A DNA stretch of 64,000 nt from Hyphomicrobiales bacterium. GTDB taxonomy: Bacteria > Pseudomonadota > Alphaproteobacteria > Rhizobiales > Rhizobiaceae. Location: the NCBI GenBank assembly GCA_021775415.1, contig JAJFHV010000002.1, positions 98,581 to 162,580 on the forward strand. The letters run 5' to 3'. The first letter of the stretch is position 1. Each line of letters begins with the position of its first letter. A program made the translations under genes and the position numbers. Positions 31,314-42,060 of this stretch are shown here, piece after piece. The notes beneath the pieces were generated by a model. The model did not search any database. It saw only the letters and a list, made by a program, of their open reading frames with translations, and was not told the origin of the DNA.

Positions 31314-32417
31314 TTAAACGTTGAATTTGAACAGCAGTACATCACCATCGCGCACTACATATTCCTTGCCCTCGTCGCGTGCCTTGCCCGCGTCCTTTGC
31401 GGCGGTTTCACCGCCGAGCGTTACGTAGTCATCATAGGCAATCGTCTGGGCGCGGATGAAGCCCTTTTCAAAGTCAGTGTGAATGACGCCTGCAGCTTGG
31501 GGTGCTTTGGAACCTTTTTGTACGGTCCAGGCACGGGTTTCCTTCGGTCCGGCGGTAAAATAGGTAATCAGTTCAAGCAGTTGGTATCCGGCACTTATCA
31601 ACCGGTCGAGGCCGGATTCTTCCAGCCCGTTCATTTCCAGATATTCCGGTTGTTCTGATTCAGGCAGTTGAGCGATTTCTTCCTCAATTGCAGCGGATAT
31701 GACAACGGAGCCTGCGTTTTCCTCAGCTGCAAGTTTCGCAATTGCTTCACTATGGGCGTTGCCACTCGCTGCATCGGATTCAGCCACGTTGCAAACATAA
31801 AGCACCGGCTTTGAGGTCAGCAAGTTCAAGCCTTTGAGCATTTTCAAATCTTCCTGGGCAATGCCATCGAGCAACAGTCTGGCCGGTTTGCCGTTCTTCA
31901 ACAAATCAAGTGCTGCTTCCATTGTCGGCAGGACCGTCATGGCTTCCTTGTCCTTGCTGGCCGCCTTTTTTCGGGTTTGATCAACCCGGCGCTCCAGACT
32001 TTCAAGGTCGGCGAGCATGAGCTCTGTTTCGATGGTTTCTGCATCAGCTACCGGATCAATCTTGCCTTCCACATGCGTGATGTCGTCATCTTCAAAGCAA
32101 CGCAACACATGCACAACCGCATCAACCTCACGGATATTTGCCAGGAACTGGTTCCCCAGTCCTTCACCCTTGGACGCGCCACGAACCAGACCGGCGATGT
32201 CGACAAATGAAATCCGGGTTGGAATGATTTCCTTTGATCCGGCAATTGTGGCAATTTTTTCAAGCCGTGGATCTGGAACCGCTACCTCACCCGTGTTGGG
32301 TTCGATCGTGCAGAACGGATAATTCGCGGCTTGAGCCGAGGCGGTCTTGGTAACCGCATTGAAGAGGGTGGACTTTCCAACATTTGGAAGTCCCACAATG
32401 CCACATTTAAAACCCAT
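31314..32417 (-). CDS. ychF: redox-regulated ribosome-binding ATPase YchF
   Basis: 367 aa; GLPNVGKSTLFN P-loop, TGS-like C-terminus. Confidence 0.95.
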   Translation of the reverse strand: MGFKCGIVGLPNVGKSTLFNAVTKTASAQAANYPFCTIEPNTGEVAVPDPRLEKIATIAGSKEIIPTRISFVDIAGLVRGASKGEGLGNQFLANIREVDAVVHVLRCFEDDDITHVEGKIDPVADAETIETELMLADLESLERRVDQTRKKAASKDKEAMTVLPTMEAALDLLKNGKPARLLLDGIAQEDLKMLKGLNLLTSKPVLYVCNVAESDAASGNAHSEAIAKLAAEENAGSVVISAAIEEEIAQLPESEQPEYLEMNGLEESGLDRLISAGYQLLELITYFTAGPKETRAWTVQKGSKAPQAAGVIHTDFEKGFIRAQTIAYDDYVTLGGETAAKDAGKARDEGKEYVVRDGDVLLFKFNV

Positions 32418-32428
32418 GTTTGGAGCCC

Positions 32429-33151
32429 CTAATTATCACCGCCGCCAAACAGTTTTTTGAGCATATCTGCCATCGGTCCGGATTTTGGAAGTTGTTTCGT
32501 TGTGTCAGGTTTACGAGCCTGATGAATGTGTGATTTGGCCTTGTTTCCGGTCTTCTTTTTCGCCGCATGATTATCCGACTTGTCGCCCTTGGTTGCCAGC
32601 GCCACCCGGTTCATGAAGCTTGAATCTTCGCCGTTAGCCAGCAGTGGTGCATTTTCCCCGATCGCTGCCAACATCGGCTCCAGCCATTCGGAATCAACCT
32701 TGGCAAAATCTCCAAGCACATGGCCTGTGACCCGTGCCTTGTCTCCAGGGTGACTAATACCAATCCGAATCCGGCGATATTCCTTGCCGCAATGGGCATC
32801 AATCGATCTGATGCCATTGTGGCCGCCAGCACCGCCGCCCGTCTTTATGCGTAGCTTGCCAGCAGCCAGATCAAGCTCGTCATACAGCACGATCAAGTTT
32901 TCAGGTGCAAGCTTGTAGAAGCGCATCAGTTTGCCGATTGCTTCGCCCGACTTGTTCATGAAGGTCTGAGGCTTAACCACCAGTACCTTATGTCCATCAA
33001 GCGTGCCTTCTGCAATTTCGGTGTTGAATTTTGATTTCCAAGGACCAAAGGCATGGCAGCGGACAATCTCATCCGCTGCCATAAATCCTATATTATGCCG
33101 GTTAGCGGCATATTTGTCGCCTGGATTACCAAGCCCTGCAATGATCAGCAT
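32429..33151 (-). CDS. pth: peptidyl-tRNA hydrolase (with basic C-terminal extension)
   Basis: 240 aa; MLIIAGLGNPGDKYAANRHNIGF and GGHNG motifs. Confidence 0.95.
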   Translation of the reverse strand: MLIIAGLGNPGDKYAANRHNIGFMAADEIVRCHAFGPWKSKFNTEIAEGTLDGHKVLVVKPQTFMNKSGEAIGKLMRFYKLAPENLIVLYDELDLAAGKLRIKTGGGAGGHNGIRSIDAHCGKEYRRIRIGISHPGDKARVTGHVLGDFAKVDSEWLEPMLAAIGENAPLLANGEDSSFMNRVALATKGDKSDNHAAKKKTGNKAKSHIHQARKPDTTKQLPKSGPMADMLKKLFGGGDN

Positions 33152-33179
33152 GGCTCAACCGCCGTTCGCAAAATCGAGG

Positions 33180-33857
33180 TTATTCCTCGTTTTCACCTTC
33201 TTCAGCATCATCACCGTCTTCTTTTTCTTCACCGATGATTTCTGTTTCAGGTGCTTCGCCATCCGCATCTTCTTCCTCTTCGGATTTCAATCCGGCAGGT
33301 GAAGCAATAGTTGCAATCGTAAAGTCGCGGTCAGAAATGGTTGGTACTACATTTTCTGGAAGTGCAACACTCGAAATATTAAGCGAGTCGCCCAACTCTG
33401 AATTGATGAGGTCCACGGAGAAAAATTCCGGAATGTCGGTTGCCGGGCAGTTCACTTCAACCGTGTGACGTACAATGTTCAACACGCCGCCGACATTAAG
33501 GCCAGGGCATTCTTCTTCATTTTCGAAGTGAACCGGAATATCAACGGTTACGACTGTGTTCTTCGAGATGCGGAGAAAATCCACATGCTCAACAAAATCG
33601 CGGATCGGGTCAAGCTGGTAGGTTTTGGGCAACACGCGGTGCGATTCGCCATCAACCTTGATGGTCGCGATTGTTGTCATGAAACCACCACCGTGAATTT
33701 TCATTGCCAACTCTTTGTAGGGGAGTGCTACCGCCAGGGGATCTTTCTTGTCGCCATAAATTATGGCAGGCACCAGTTGGTTGCGGCGAAGTTCACGGGA
33801 GGCCCCCTTGCCAACCCGGTCGCGCGCTTGGGCCTCGAGCTCGTATGTGTCGCTCAT
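33180..33857 (-). CDS. rplY: 50S ribosomal protein L25 / general stress protein Ctc
   Basis: Start at the ATG at 33857 ([13 protein letters not shown]...); acidic C-terminal tail. Confidence 0.9.
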   Translation of the reverse strand: MSDTYELEAQARDRVGKGASRELRRNQLVPAIIYGDKKDPLAVALPYKELAMKIHGGGFMTTIATIKVDGESHRVLPKTYQLDPIRDFVEHVDFLRISKNTVVTVDIPVHFENEEECPGLNVGGVLNIVRHTVEVNCPATDIPEFFSVDLINSELGDSLNISSVALPENVVPTISDRDFTIATIASPAGLKSEEEEDADGEAPETEIIGEEKEDGDDAEEGENEE

Positions 33858-34030
33858 TGTTCTGCCTTTCGCATATGGAGCGTCAACTTGGCCAAGCCAA
33901 TCTTGCGTTCCAATTTTCGTTTGCGCACAATTTATCCGAAAACCGGAGTCCACTTTTCGGGTTGTGCTTTATGAGGGCTTTCCGGTGGCACAATGCCTCC
34001 AGAAATTGTTGCAAACCAGGATTTCAAGGT

Positions 34031-34077
34031 CTGAAAAACAACAAGCCCACACTGCCTCCAAGGGTGTCTGTGTGGGC
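34031..34077 (-). terminator. terminator after prs
   Basis: gcccacac / gtgtgggc 8-bp stem, then a T-rich run on the minus strand. Confidence 0.6.
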
Positions 34078-34156
34078 GAGGCGGTTTATAGGCGAGAACT
34101 GAAGTTTGCGCAAGCGCAAGAATCGCGGATGCAGAGGGATTTTCCGGTGGGGAATT

Positions 34157-35089
34157 TTAGTCGAAAAGGCTTGATACAGATTTTTCCAGCGCGGTGCGTT
34201 TGACCGCTTCGCCCATCAGTTCAGCGATTGAAACCACCCGAATATTGAGTGCTGCTTCGACTGCCGCCGTGGGCTGGATCGAGTTGGTAATTACCAGTTC
34301 TTTCAGCTTTGATGAGGTTATGCGCGCAACAGCGCCGCCGGATAGCACGCCATGGGTAATATAGGCAGTGACACTGGTGGCACCCTTTGCCAGCAGTGCT
34401 TCAGCGGCATTGCACAATGTTCCACCAGAATCGATGATATCATCGATGAGGATGCAATCTTTGCCTTCCACGTCGCCGATCACATTCATGACTTCAGATT
34501 CGCCGGGCCGGTCGCGCCGTTTGTCGACAATCGCCAACATGGAGCCGGTGCGTTTTGCCAGTGCTCTTGCCCGAACCACACCCCCAACATCGGGTGAAAC
34601 GACCATGACGTTTTCAAGGTCATAGTGTTCTTTGACATCGCGGCCAAGCACAGGTACGGCGAATAAATTGTCCGTTGGTATGTCAAAAAAACCTTGTATC
34701 TGGGCGGCGTGCAAATCCAGTGTCAGAACCCGGTCGGCACCGGCTTCCGTGATCATGTTGGCAACCAGCTTTGCTGAAATTGGTGCACGCGGTCCTGGCT
34801 TTCTGTCCTGGCGGGCATACCCAAAATAAGGAATAACTGCAGTTATCCGGCGAGCTGAGGCGCGCCGAAGCGCATCGATCATGATGAGCAGTTCCATCAG
34901 ATGATCATTGGCCGGATACGATGTCGATTGCAGTACAAAACAATCTTCGCCCCGGACATTTTCCAGAAGCTCCAGGAAAATTTCCTCGTCAGCAAATCGG
35001 CGAACATCGGCTTTGCCGAGATCGATCTCCAAATATTTGCAGATTTGTGCGGCAAGCACCTGATTTGAGTTGCCGGCAAAGAGTTTCAT
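34157..35089 (-). CDS. prs: ribose-phosphate pyrophosphokinase
   Basis: 310 aa; PRPP synthetase signature [11 protein letters not shown] and [13 protein letters not shown]. Confidence 0.95.
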   Translation of the reverse strand: MKLFAGNSNQVLAAQICKYLEIDLGKADVRRFADEEIFLELLENVRGEDCFVLQSTSYPANDHLMELLIMIDALRRASARRITAVIPYFGYARQDRKPGPRAPISAKLVANMITEAGADRVLTLDLHAAQIQGFFDIPTDNLFAVPVLGRDVKEHYDLENVMVVSPDVGGVVRARALAKRTGSMLAIVDKRRDRPGESEVMNVIGDVEGKDCILIDDIIDSGGTLCNAAEALLAKGATSVTAYITHGVLSGGAVARITSSKLKELVITNSIQPTAAVEAALNIRVVSIAELMGEAVKRTALEKSVSSLFD

Positions 35090-35222
35090 AATGTTCTTTC
35101 TCAGCCGCAGCCGACCCCCGATTAATGAGGGGTGTAATAGGCCAATAGCAAAGTCCTATCAATGCCATAGCATTGATTACCAACAAATAATCTTTGGAAT
35201 TTTGAATAAATAGCCCGGGAAC

Positions 35223-35873
35223 TTACTGGGAAGTGGAGTTAAGCCACGAATTGAGCCTTGCAACCGTCGTACCTGCTACGCTGTTGAATTCATTAGCACC
35301 CACCGCTTGCCAGGGATCGGTGGACTTCGAGGTTGTCCGCTCCTGTCCGTTAATTCGGTGTAGCCGGTTGCCAGTACTATCGAGTACATCCCAGACATAG
35401 ACCAGAAGTGTTCCCGATCCATCATCAAGCGCAGAAAAATATCCCTTTACCTGATATTTCGCACCGGGTTGGTTTGCCGGGATAAGTGAAAGGCCCGAAC
35501 CTTGCGCCGAGACACGCAGAGAGCGGGACAAGGCGGTGACTGCTCCTTGTGGCGCACCAGAGACTGGCAGGAACGAAATGCTGTTTTCAGTGTTGAGTGC
35601 TGCAGTCTGGAAACTGGTATCGCTGGTTTGCCCGGCAACTGCTGCCTGGGCAGGTGTGGTTGGATCTTGTGCTGCCAATGCAGTCTCGCTGCCAATTGTC
35701 TGCGCTGGAACCGGATTGCCTTGCGAATTCGCTGCATTTGTAGTTCGTGTGTCGATCGTTGCTATCGAATTTGTGGTGCTTCCAGGATTGAGTGCGCTGG
35801 TGTTGCAACCGGCGAGAAAAACAATGCAGGTGCTTGTACAAAGGGCGTGGTAAAAATTTGTTCGAATAGTCAA
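35223..35873 (-). CDS. lipoprotein, function unknown
   Basis: 216 aa; lipobox FLAGC; low-complexity Thr/Ala/Gln linker then a compact C-terminal domain. Confidence 0.6.
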   Translation of the reverse strand: MTIRTNFYHALCTSTCIVFLAGCNTSALNPGSTTNSIATIDTRTTNAANSQGNPVPAQTIGSETALAAQDPTTPAQAAVAGQTSDTSFQTAALNTENSISFLPVSGAPQGAVTALSRSLRVSAQGSGLSLIPANQPGAKYQVKGYFSALDDGSGTLLVYVWDVLDSTGNRLHRINGQERTTSKSTDPWQAVGANEFNSVAGTTVARLNSWLNSTSQ

Positions 35874-35903
35874 GTGATCTTCCTCATCGAATTTTCAAAA
35901 TTC

Positions 35904-37055
35904 CTAGCGGACAATAAGGTCAATTTCGTGACGGGACAAATTTTCTGGCCCATCTTTACCCGTAATATAACTTTGTCCCAAACTCATTGCAGTGCCGGTT
36001 TCACTGTCGAATATGATCATATGGGTAAAGATTACCATACGTTCAACAATTTCAGTTTCATTGCCGGAATAAATCATCGGCATATCCATCCAGCAGGGGG
36101 TATAAACCGCACCAAGTGAATAACCACAAGCATTCATTCGGTGGCGGGTCAAACCGGCATCATCCAGAATATTCGCATGGGCATCAAACATGTCGGAAAA
36201 ACTGTTGCCTACCTGCATTGCATCGCGAACGCCAAGCAGTGCTGCGCGGGCAGCTTCGTAAAGTTCAGTGTGCCTGGCAGTTGGTTTGCCGACAATAAGG
36301 GTACGCATCATCGCGGCATGGTAGTGGGCCCAGGCGCCTGACCATTCGAGGGTCAATTGGTCATTGTCATCCAGAACGCGGCGTCCGGATTTGTAGCGGC
36401 ACAATAGTGCGTCATCTGCGGAACCGATGATGAATTCATTTCCGGGGTAGTCGCCGCCCTGAGAAAATATTGCAGAATGCATTGCTGCCAGAATATCGCC
36501 CTCATTTGCACCGGCTTTTGTTTCCTTGATGGCGGCATCAAGCGCGTCATCGGACAGTTTCCCGGCCATTCGAACATGCTGAAGCTCAGCCTCGGATTTC
36601 ACAACCCGAAGGGAATTGACGACATCAGAACCATCTTCAAGATTTGCGAATGCATTAAGCCGGTCGTTTACCGCCATGCCGTTCTTTGCAGTCAGGCCCT
36701 GGGTGTCATATTCAACACCAATCCTGGTGCCGACAAGATCCAGATCGTTTAACAGATTGTGCAGGTCTACGGTTGGATCCGCATTGCCACGATCAGTCCA
36801 GATGATGATATTTTCAATGATTGAAGTATGCCGTGCCTGACGCAGATCCGGCGCGCGGGTCAATAGCACCATTTCGCCGTCTGATTTCACGACGAGACAC
36901 TGGAAGAAACAATACCCAAACGTGTCATAGCCGGTCAGCCAGAACATGCTTTCCTGAGCAAACAGCAGCATGCAATCCAGCTCGCGTTCAGCCATTTTGG
37001 TTTTTAGGCGTTCCATCCGATCGGTGAATTCCTTCCTTTGAAAATGTAGTGCCAT
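35904..37055 (-). CDS. M24 family Xaa-Pro peptidase / creatinase-like
   Basis: Start moved to the ATG at 37055 (MALHFQRKEF), 1 nt after the pgeF stop; creatinase-N plus M24 pita-bread domain pattern. Confidence 0.8.
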   Translation of the reverse strand: MALHFQRKEFTDRMERLKTKMAERELDCMLLFAQESMFWLTGYDTFGYCFFQCLVVKSDGEMVLLTRAPDLRQARHTSIIENIIIWTDRGNADPTVDLHNLLNDLDLVGTRIGVEYDTQGLTAKNGMAVNDRLNAFANLEDGSDVVNSLRVVKSEAELQHVRMAGKLSDDALDAAIKETKAGANEGDILAAMHSAIFSQGGDYPGNEFIIGSADDALLCRYKSGRRVLDDNDQLTLEWSGAWAHYHAAMMRTLIVGKPTARHTELYEAARAALLGVRDAMQVGNSFSDMFDAHANILDDAGLTRHRMNACGYSLGAVYTPCWMDMPMIYSGNETEIVERMVIFTHMIIFDSETGTAMSLGQSYITGKDGPENLSRHEIDLIVR

Positions 37056-37056
37056 T

Positions 37057-37854
37057 TTATGCTCCCGAATTGTCTGACTTGATTGAAATTGCTGAAATCT
37101 GGCGGCCATAATCTGGTTCGCCGCGATGGGTTTTGCGCCGGTAAGAGTAGAACCGGGCTTCATCTTGATAAGTGCACTGCCCGGTCCACTCTGCCTGGAT
37201 TCCATTTTTTTGAAGCCTATCCACAATGTAGGCTGGCAGATCAAACATCGCGTGGCCAGGGTTTTTAGATTCGGACAGATAGGAACCATTACTTGAATCC
37301 AGTTCCTGCAGCATCTGCACGAACTCAGGCCCTACTTCATAATTGCTTGCGCTGATTGTCGGCCCCAGAACGGCTTGTATGGTTTCGCGCTTTGCGCCGA
37401 GTTTTTCCATTTCAATTATTGTATTATCAAGAACGCCACTGGTAGCTCCCTTCCATCCAGCGTGTGCTGAACCAATTACCCCTGCTTTTGCATCGCAAAA
37501 GAGCACTGGCCCACAATCAGCTGACAGAGCTCCCAATGCAATTCCAGGCTCTTTGGTGACCATGCCATCAACTTCTGGACGTTCTTCGCCGGACCAGGGC
37601 CGGGTGACGCAAATTACATCGGGTGAGTGCACTTGATATGTGGTGAGCAGGTTTTCCGAATTCACACCCAGATGTTCAGCGACGAGACTGCGGTTGCGCA
37701 ATACGGTTTCGCGATCGTCATTGGAACCAATCCCAACATTGAGACCGGCATAGATGCCGCTGGAATGGCCACCTTCCCGGGTGAAAAACCCGTGCAAAAT
37801 ATCAGGTGCGCCATTCGACAGTCTGGTTGCCTGTATTGGATCTGGTTTGGTCAT
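37057..37854 (-). CDS. pgeF: YfiH/PgeF family purine nucleoside phosphorylase (laccase-domain protein)
   Basis: Start at the ATG at 37854; HGFFTREGG, QVHS, ADCGPVLF, HAGWKG motifs. Confidence 0.85.
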   Translation of the reverse strand: MTKPDPIQATRLSNGAPDILHGFFTREGGHSSGIYAGLNVGIGSNDDRETVLRNRSLVAEHLGVNSENLLTTYQVHSPDVICVTRPWSGEERPEVDGMVTKEPGIALGALSADCGPVLFCDAKAGVIGSAHAGWKGATSGVLDNTIIEMEKLGAKRETIQAVLGPTISASNYEVGPEFVQMLQELDSSNGSYLSESKNPGHAMFDLPAYIVDRLQKNGIQAEWTGQCTYQDEARFYSYRRKTHRGEPDYGRQISAISIKSDNSGA

Positions 37855-37906
37855 CTCGCCTTGCCAACTAACAAGGGGATAGAGTTGATGGGTTGGGGCC
37901 TCTAAG

Positions 37907-39025
37907 TCAACTTTTGTTTTGACGATCTTTCGATGTATCCACCTCATCAAAGAGCGGCAGGGTGACACCTGCTGCAGCGAATGCAAAAATCTTGAATAGT
38001 CGGCCCATTTGATCGGGCAAAGCCAAGCGCTCTGCCTCGCTGGTTAGTCGATCCTGTACGGCTTGTGACTTATCGCTACCCAATTGTCCCGCTCGTTCCA
38101 ACAGCCCCAATTTTATGAGAAAATCCCCCTGATCCATCAGCGGTTTGACTTGGGCTCCGGCATCGCTTGCAGCACGTGCTAACACACCAAAGTCAATGTG
38201 GCTGGTAAGATCTGCCAGTCCCGGTTCGAGTAGGGGGTCTGTATAGGCATGGTTCTTGACTGCCTGAAATGTGTCGCCAAATGCGCTTTTCGCGTGGCCG
38301 TAATCTACAATCAATGCGGCACCTGTATCCTCACAAAGACGAGCGGCAAGGTTTTCAATGAACGCTTCGCGGGCCGGGGCATATTCAAACACTGCGCCAT
38401 CGGGTTCATCATCTGCGTCATCTGGCAGGAATCCGGGATCAAGCGTGCCGGTTCCAAACGTCCAGATGAGTGCTCCGTTCTTGTCCAGTGCGATGGCGCG
38501 CTCCCGCCAGTCTTTGCCTGCTCTCACATACTGACGAATTGGAATTACATCGAGAAACTCATTGGCTACAACAAGCAACGGTTGGTTCGACACCGTTTCC
38601 AGCGTGTCGTGCCATGTGATGGGAACGTCGGTGCCTGCGAGTTTTTGCTCTTGCCTGCGCTTTAGATTTTCGCTGACCTCGACCATATGAATGCGCACGG
38701 CTGTCATGAAGTCGGGCGAGATGCGTGTCGCACGCAGAAGGTCTGCCATCAAGGTACCCAATCCGGGGCCAAATTCGACAAGATTGAATGGAGAAGGTTT
38801 GCCGAGCTGCTCCCATGCCTGCAAACACCACACGCCGATAAGTTCACCAAACATCTGGCTTGTTTCAGGTGCGGTGATGAAATCACCCCCACTGCCGATT
38901 GCCTGCCGGTTCTTGTAATAACCATCTGTTGGATCCGTAAGACAAAGATGCATGTACTCAGTCAGGGGCATTGGGCCGGTCATCTCAATGTGACGGGTAA
39001 TGCGTTTTGCGAGCGGCGTGGTCAT
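37907..39025 (-). CDS. SAM-dependent methyltransferase, MidA/NDUFAF7 (DUF185) family
   Basis: Start at the ATG at 39025 (ATGA overlap with the lgt stop); GDFITAPETSQMFGE hallmark. Confidence 0.8.
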   Translation of the reverse strand: MTTPLAKRITRHIEMTGPMPLTEYMHLCLTDPTDGYYKNRQAIGSGGDFITAPETSQMFGELIGVWCLQAWEQLGKPSPFNLVEFGPGLGTLMADLLRATRISPDFMTAVRIHMVEVSENLKRRQEQKLAGTDVPITWHDTLETVSNQPLLVVANEFLDVIPIRQYVRAGKDWRERAIALDKNGALIWTFGTGTLDPGFLPDDADDEPDGAVFEYAPAREAFIENLAARLCEDTGAALIVDYGHAKSAFGDTFQAVKNHAYTDPLLEPGLADLTSHIDFGVLARAASDAGAQVKPLMDQGDFLIKLGLLERAGQLGSDKSQAVQDRLTSEAERLALPDQMGRLFKIFAFAAAGVTLPLFDEVDTSKDRQNKS

Positions 39026-39855
39026 GGATTGGTTGCGCGGCCCTGCGCGGTCGCAATTAGACAGAACCCGAGCAAGATTATCGGTATTGAAAGCAACATG
39101 CCCATGGTGAACCATCCACCGGCCAGATAGCCAAGCTGCGGATCGGGCAGCCTGAAAAATTCGACGATTATCCGACTGATGCCATAGCCAATGACAAATG
39201 TTCCGCTGATGAAGCCGGGTTGGCGTAGTTTTTTGAGTTGCCAGGTAAGTATGGCCAGAACCGCAAATAGCACCAACCCCTCAAGTGCTGCTTCATACAG
39301 CTGACTTGGGTGGCGCGGTTGACCGGAAGTTCCCGGAAAAATAACGCCCCAGGAAACGTCTGTAACCCTGCCGTAAAGTTCCGCGTTTATGAAGTTCGCA
39401 ATACGGCCAAAGAAAATGCCAAGTCCACAACTTGCTGCAATTACGTCAAACATGCTGAAATATGAAAATCCTCGCCGTCTGGCGAACAGGATCATTGCCA
39501 CGGTGATGCCTGCAAGGCCGCCATGGAAACTCATGCCGCCTTTCCAGATTGCTGCTATTGAAAACGGGTTCGCGATATAGGTGCCCAGATCGTAGAACAG
39601 CACATAACCGATACGCCCACCCAATATGATGCCGGCGACAGCCCAGAAAAGAAAATCGTCCAGATCCTGGTTGGTAATTGGCGAACCGCCTTTACCCCAC
39701 AGCTTATGGCTTGCTACCAGTTTACGCGCGTACCACCAGCCGAACAGGATACCGATCACATAGGCAACACCGTACCAATGGATTTGCAAGGGTCCGAGTT
39801 GAATCAGCACTGGGTCAATTGCCGGGTGGGATAATGCTGTAAGCGGCGTAATCAT
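39022..39855 (-). CDS. lgt: prolipoprotein diacylglyceryl transferase
   Basis: 277 aa; Lgt signature (HWYGVAY, GGRIGYV, HPSQLYE). Confidence 0.95.
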   Translation of the reverse strand: MITPLTALSHPAIDPVLIQLGPLQIHWYGVAYVIGILFGWWYARKLVASHKLWGKGGSPITNQDLDDFLFWAVAGIILGGRIGYVLFYDLGTYIANPFSIAAIWKGGMSFHGGLAGITVAMILFARRRGFSYFSMFDVIAASCGLGIFFGRIANFINAELYGRVTDVSWGVIFPGTSGQPRHPSQLYEAALEGLVLFAVLAILTWQLKKLRQPGFISGTFVIGYGISRIIVEFFRLPDPQLGYLAGGWFTMGMLLSIPIILLGFCLIATAQGRATNP

Positions 39856-40032
39856 TGAATTGTCCAGCGCGGTAAATTTTGATCTATGTCCATCGCATTT
39901 GCTGCTTTGCAGGTCTACAGGTTTTCCATAACCCCCTGCGGCGTCCAGTCACCTGCCGTTGAAAGTGAATTGGCAAACCCCTACATTTGCCATAACCAGA
40001 TCGAACGCCAGATCACAAGAATGGAATGCAAT

Positions 40033-40338
40033 ATGACCCAGGGTCCCAATCGTTTGTTTGACGAATTTGCCAAATTGATGACCGATGCTGCGGGCGCGGC
40101 ACAGGGATTGCGGCAGGAAGCCGAAACGGCATTTCGCTCTCAGGCCGAGCGGTTTCTTACGGACATGGATCTGGTGAAACGCGATGAATTTGATGCAGTT
40201 CGCGAAATGGCGAGCAATGCGCGCATGGAAAACGAGGCTTTGAAATCTCAAATCAATGCACTCGAAAGGCGGGTTGCTGCGATGGATAAAGCGACAAAGC
40301 CTGCGCCCAAGGCGCCGAGGGCAAAAAAATCCGGCTAA
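40033..40338 (+). CDS. UbiK/YqiC (BMFP) family accessory factor
   Basis: 101 aa from the ATG at 40033; coiled-coil protein with the typical N-terminal FDEFAKLMTDAAGAAQG. Confidence 0.65.
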   Translation: MTQGPNRLFDEFAKLMTDAAGAAQGLRQEAETAFRSQAERFLTDMDLVKRDEFDAVREMASNARMENEALKSQINALERRVAAMDKATKPAPKAPRAKKSG

Positions 40339-40689
40339 CACGAAATTTATTTTGACCGGTGAATAATCTTTGAAAAATGCAGTGGTGTGAATCGCTTAGG
40401 TGAATCTGTGAATCTTTTGATTCAAGGCTTCTCCACAGAATTACCACGCGCCCTCCATTTGGCAGGGTAGCGTTCGTGAGTCGGCGCTATAGAGTGGACT
40501 ACAGGATGATTCGCGGTGGACCTGAGATTCAAAATATGGGGGGCCACTTCAGTGTTCGGTCGAAATTATTTGGGCCGGTTTTCCTGAGTACTAAGTGAAC
40601 GCGTCAGTTGTTGGCGTACCGATAGGGTTTGTTTGTGGCGAAGCGGAAGCAGATGATTTCTGCAGTTTTGGTTCGCACAAGGAGAAAGC

Positions 40690-41190
40690 ATGAGTCTTGC
40701 TGAGATCACGCTTGAGCGTGACATCAATCCAGTTGACATGATCGAGCAGGTTGCGACCATTAATCACTGGGAATTTGAACGCTCCACTGATGATGAGATA
40801 AATCTCACGGTTACCGGGGTGTGGACCGAATACAATGTGTCGATTTCCTGGATGGAGGATTTTGAAGCACTACACCTTGCATGCGCGTTTGATCTCAAGG
40901 TTCCGCAGGGCCGCATTCTGGAAACTACAAAACTCCTGTCTCTCATCAATGAGCAATTGTTGATCGGCCACTTTGACATCTGGATGCAGGAGGGTGCGGT
41001 TATGTTCCGTCAGGCCTTGATGTTGAATGGTGGTGCGGAACCCACCGGTGAACAACTTGAATGTCTGCTGGCAAGTGCGCTTGATGCCTGTGAACGGTAT
41101 TATCAGGCTTTTCAGTTTGTGGTGTGGGCAGGCCATGATGCGGAGGAGGCTTTGTCAGGGGCCTTGTTCGAAACACAAGGGACCGCGTAG
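40690..41190 (+). CDS. YbjN domain protein
   Basis: 166 aa; acidic; AAGGAGAA RBS; pattern resembles YbjN/T3SS-chaperone-like proteins found upstream of proC in alphaproteobacteria. Confidence 0.6.
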   Translation: MSLAEITLERDINPVDMIEQVATINHWEFERSTDDEINLTVTGVWTEYNVSISWMEDFEALHLACAFDLKVPQGRILETTKLLSLINEQLLIGHFDIWMQEGAVMFRQALMLNGGAEPTGEQLECLLASALDACERYYQAFQFVVWAGHDAEEALSGALFETQGTA

Positions 41191-41229
41191 ACTGCACCAC
41201 TGCATTTTATTCGCGCTGGAGCATATCAA

Positions 41230-42060
41230 ATGAGCGGTGAAAATTCCGAAGATATAAGTTCGATTTCTGTTGTCCTGGTAGGGGCGGGAAATATGGGTGG
41301 TGCCATGTTACGTGGCTGGATTTCCGGAGGAATGCCCGCCGCAAATATTCAGGTGCTGGACCCAGCAACGCCTGATTCGATGCGTGGTTTTTTGGATGAC
41401 AACGCGATTGCATTGCATTCAAGCCCGGACACTCTGGAGCCACCTGATGTATTGTTGCTGGCGGTAAAGCCGCAAGTGATGGATACGGTCGTTGCTTCGC
41501 TCACATCGCTCGCCGGACCCGAAACGGTTGCGGTGTCGGTTGCTGCCGGTAAAACGCTCGCCTCAATTTCAGATCCACTCGGCGGACCTGCATGTGTGCG
41601 GGCAATGCCCAATACGCCGGCACTTGTACAACGCGGCATTACGGTATGTTGTGCCAGTGGCAACACCTCGACCAGCCAGCGCCACCAGGTTGATTTGTTG
41701 TTGCGCGCTATCGGCAAGGTCGAATGGGTTGAGGATGAAAGTCTAATAGACGGTGTTACTGCGGTTTCGGGCAGTGGTCCGGCATATGTGTTTCACCTGG
41801 CTGAATGCATGGCGGAGGCTGGGAAGGCTGCGGGTCTTCCAGATGATCTGTCGATGACGCTTGCCCGCGAAACGGTTTCAGGTGCAGGTGAATTGTTGCG
41901 GCTATCAAAAGATGAGCCTGCGACGCTTCGTGAGAACGTTACATCGCCCAACGGAACAACTGCTGCGGCACTGGAGGTGTTTATGGGTCCGGATGGAATG
42001 AAGGGACTTGTTGAGCGGGCAGTACTTGCCGCCAAGAAACGCTCGGAGGAATTGTCATGA
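41230..42060 (+). CDS. proC: pyrroline-5-carboxylate reductase
   Basis: 276 aa; VGAGNMGGAM NADP loop and C-terminal SPNGTTAAAL. Confidence 0.9.
   Translation: MSGENSEDISSISVVLVGAGNMGGAMLRGWISGGMPAANIQVLDPATPDSMRGFLDDNAIALHSSPDTLEPPDVLLLAVKPQVMDTVVASLTSLAGPETVAVSVAAGKTLASISDPLGGPACVRAMPNTPALVQRGITVCCASGNTSTSQRHQVDLLLRAIGKVEWVEDESLIDGVTAVSGSGPAYVFHLAECMAEAGKAAGLPDDLSMTLARETVSGAGELLRLSKDEPATLRENVTSPNGTTAAALEVFMGPDGMKGLVERAVLAAKKRSEELS

Noticed and set aside
35502-36119. 205-aa plus-strand ORF spanning the lipoprotein / M24 peptidase junction
   Set aside because: It is antisense to two co-oriented genes with good signals (a lipobox, M24 motifs) and crosses their intergenic gap. It is Cys-rich and low-complexity and has no RBS.
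37056-37289. Long N-terminal extensions of track ORFs: 16900-16992, 27762-27806, 33858-33953, 37056-37289, 37855-37986, 39026-39115, 39886-40032, 46191-46229 and 58280-58441
   Set aside because: In each case an internal ATG aligns with the conserved N-terminus of the family. It often restores a compact junction with the upstream gene: a 1-nt gap at 37055/37057 and an ATGA overlap at 39022-39025. The extensions contain terminators or REP copies (27755-27784, 58367-58396) or overlap the upstream gene.
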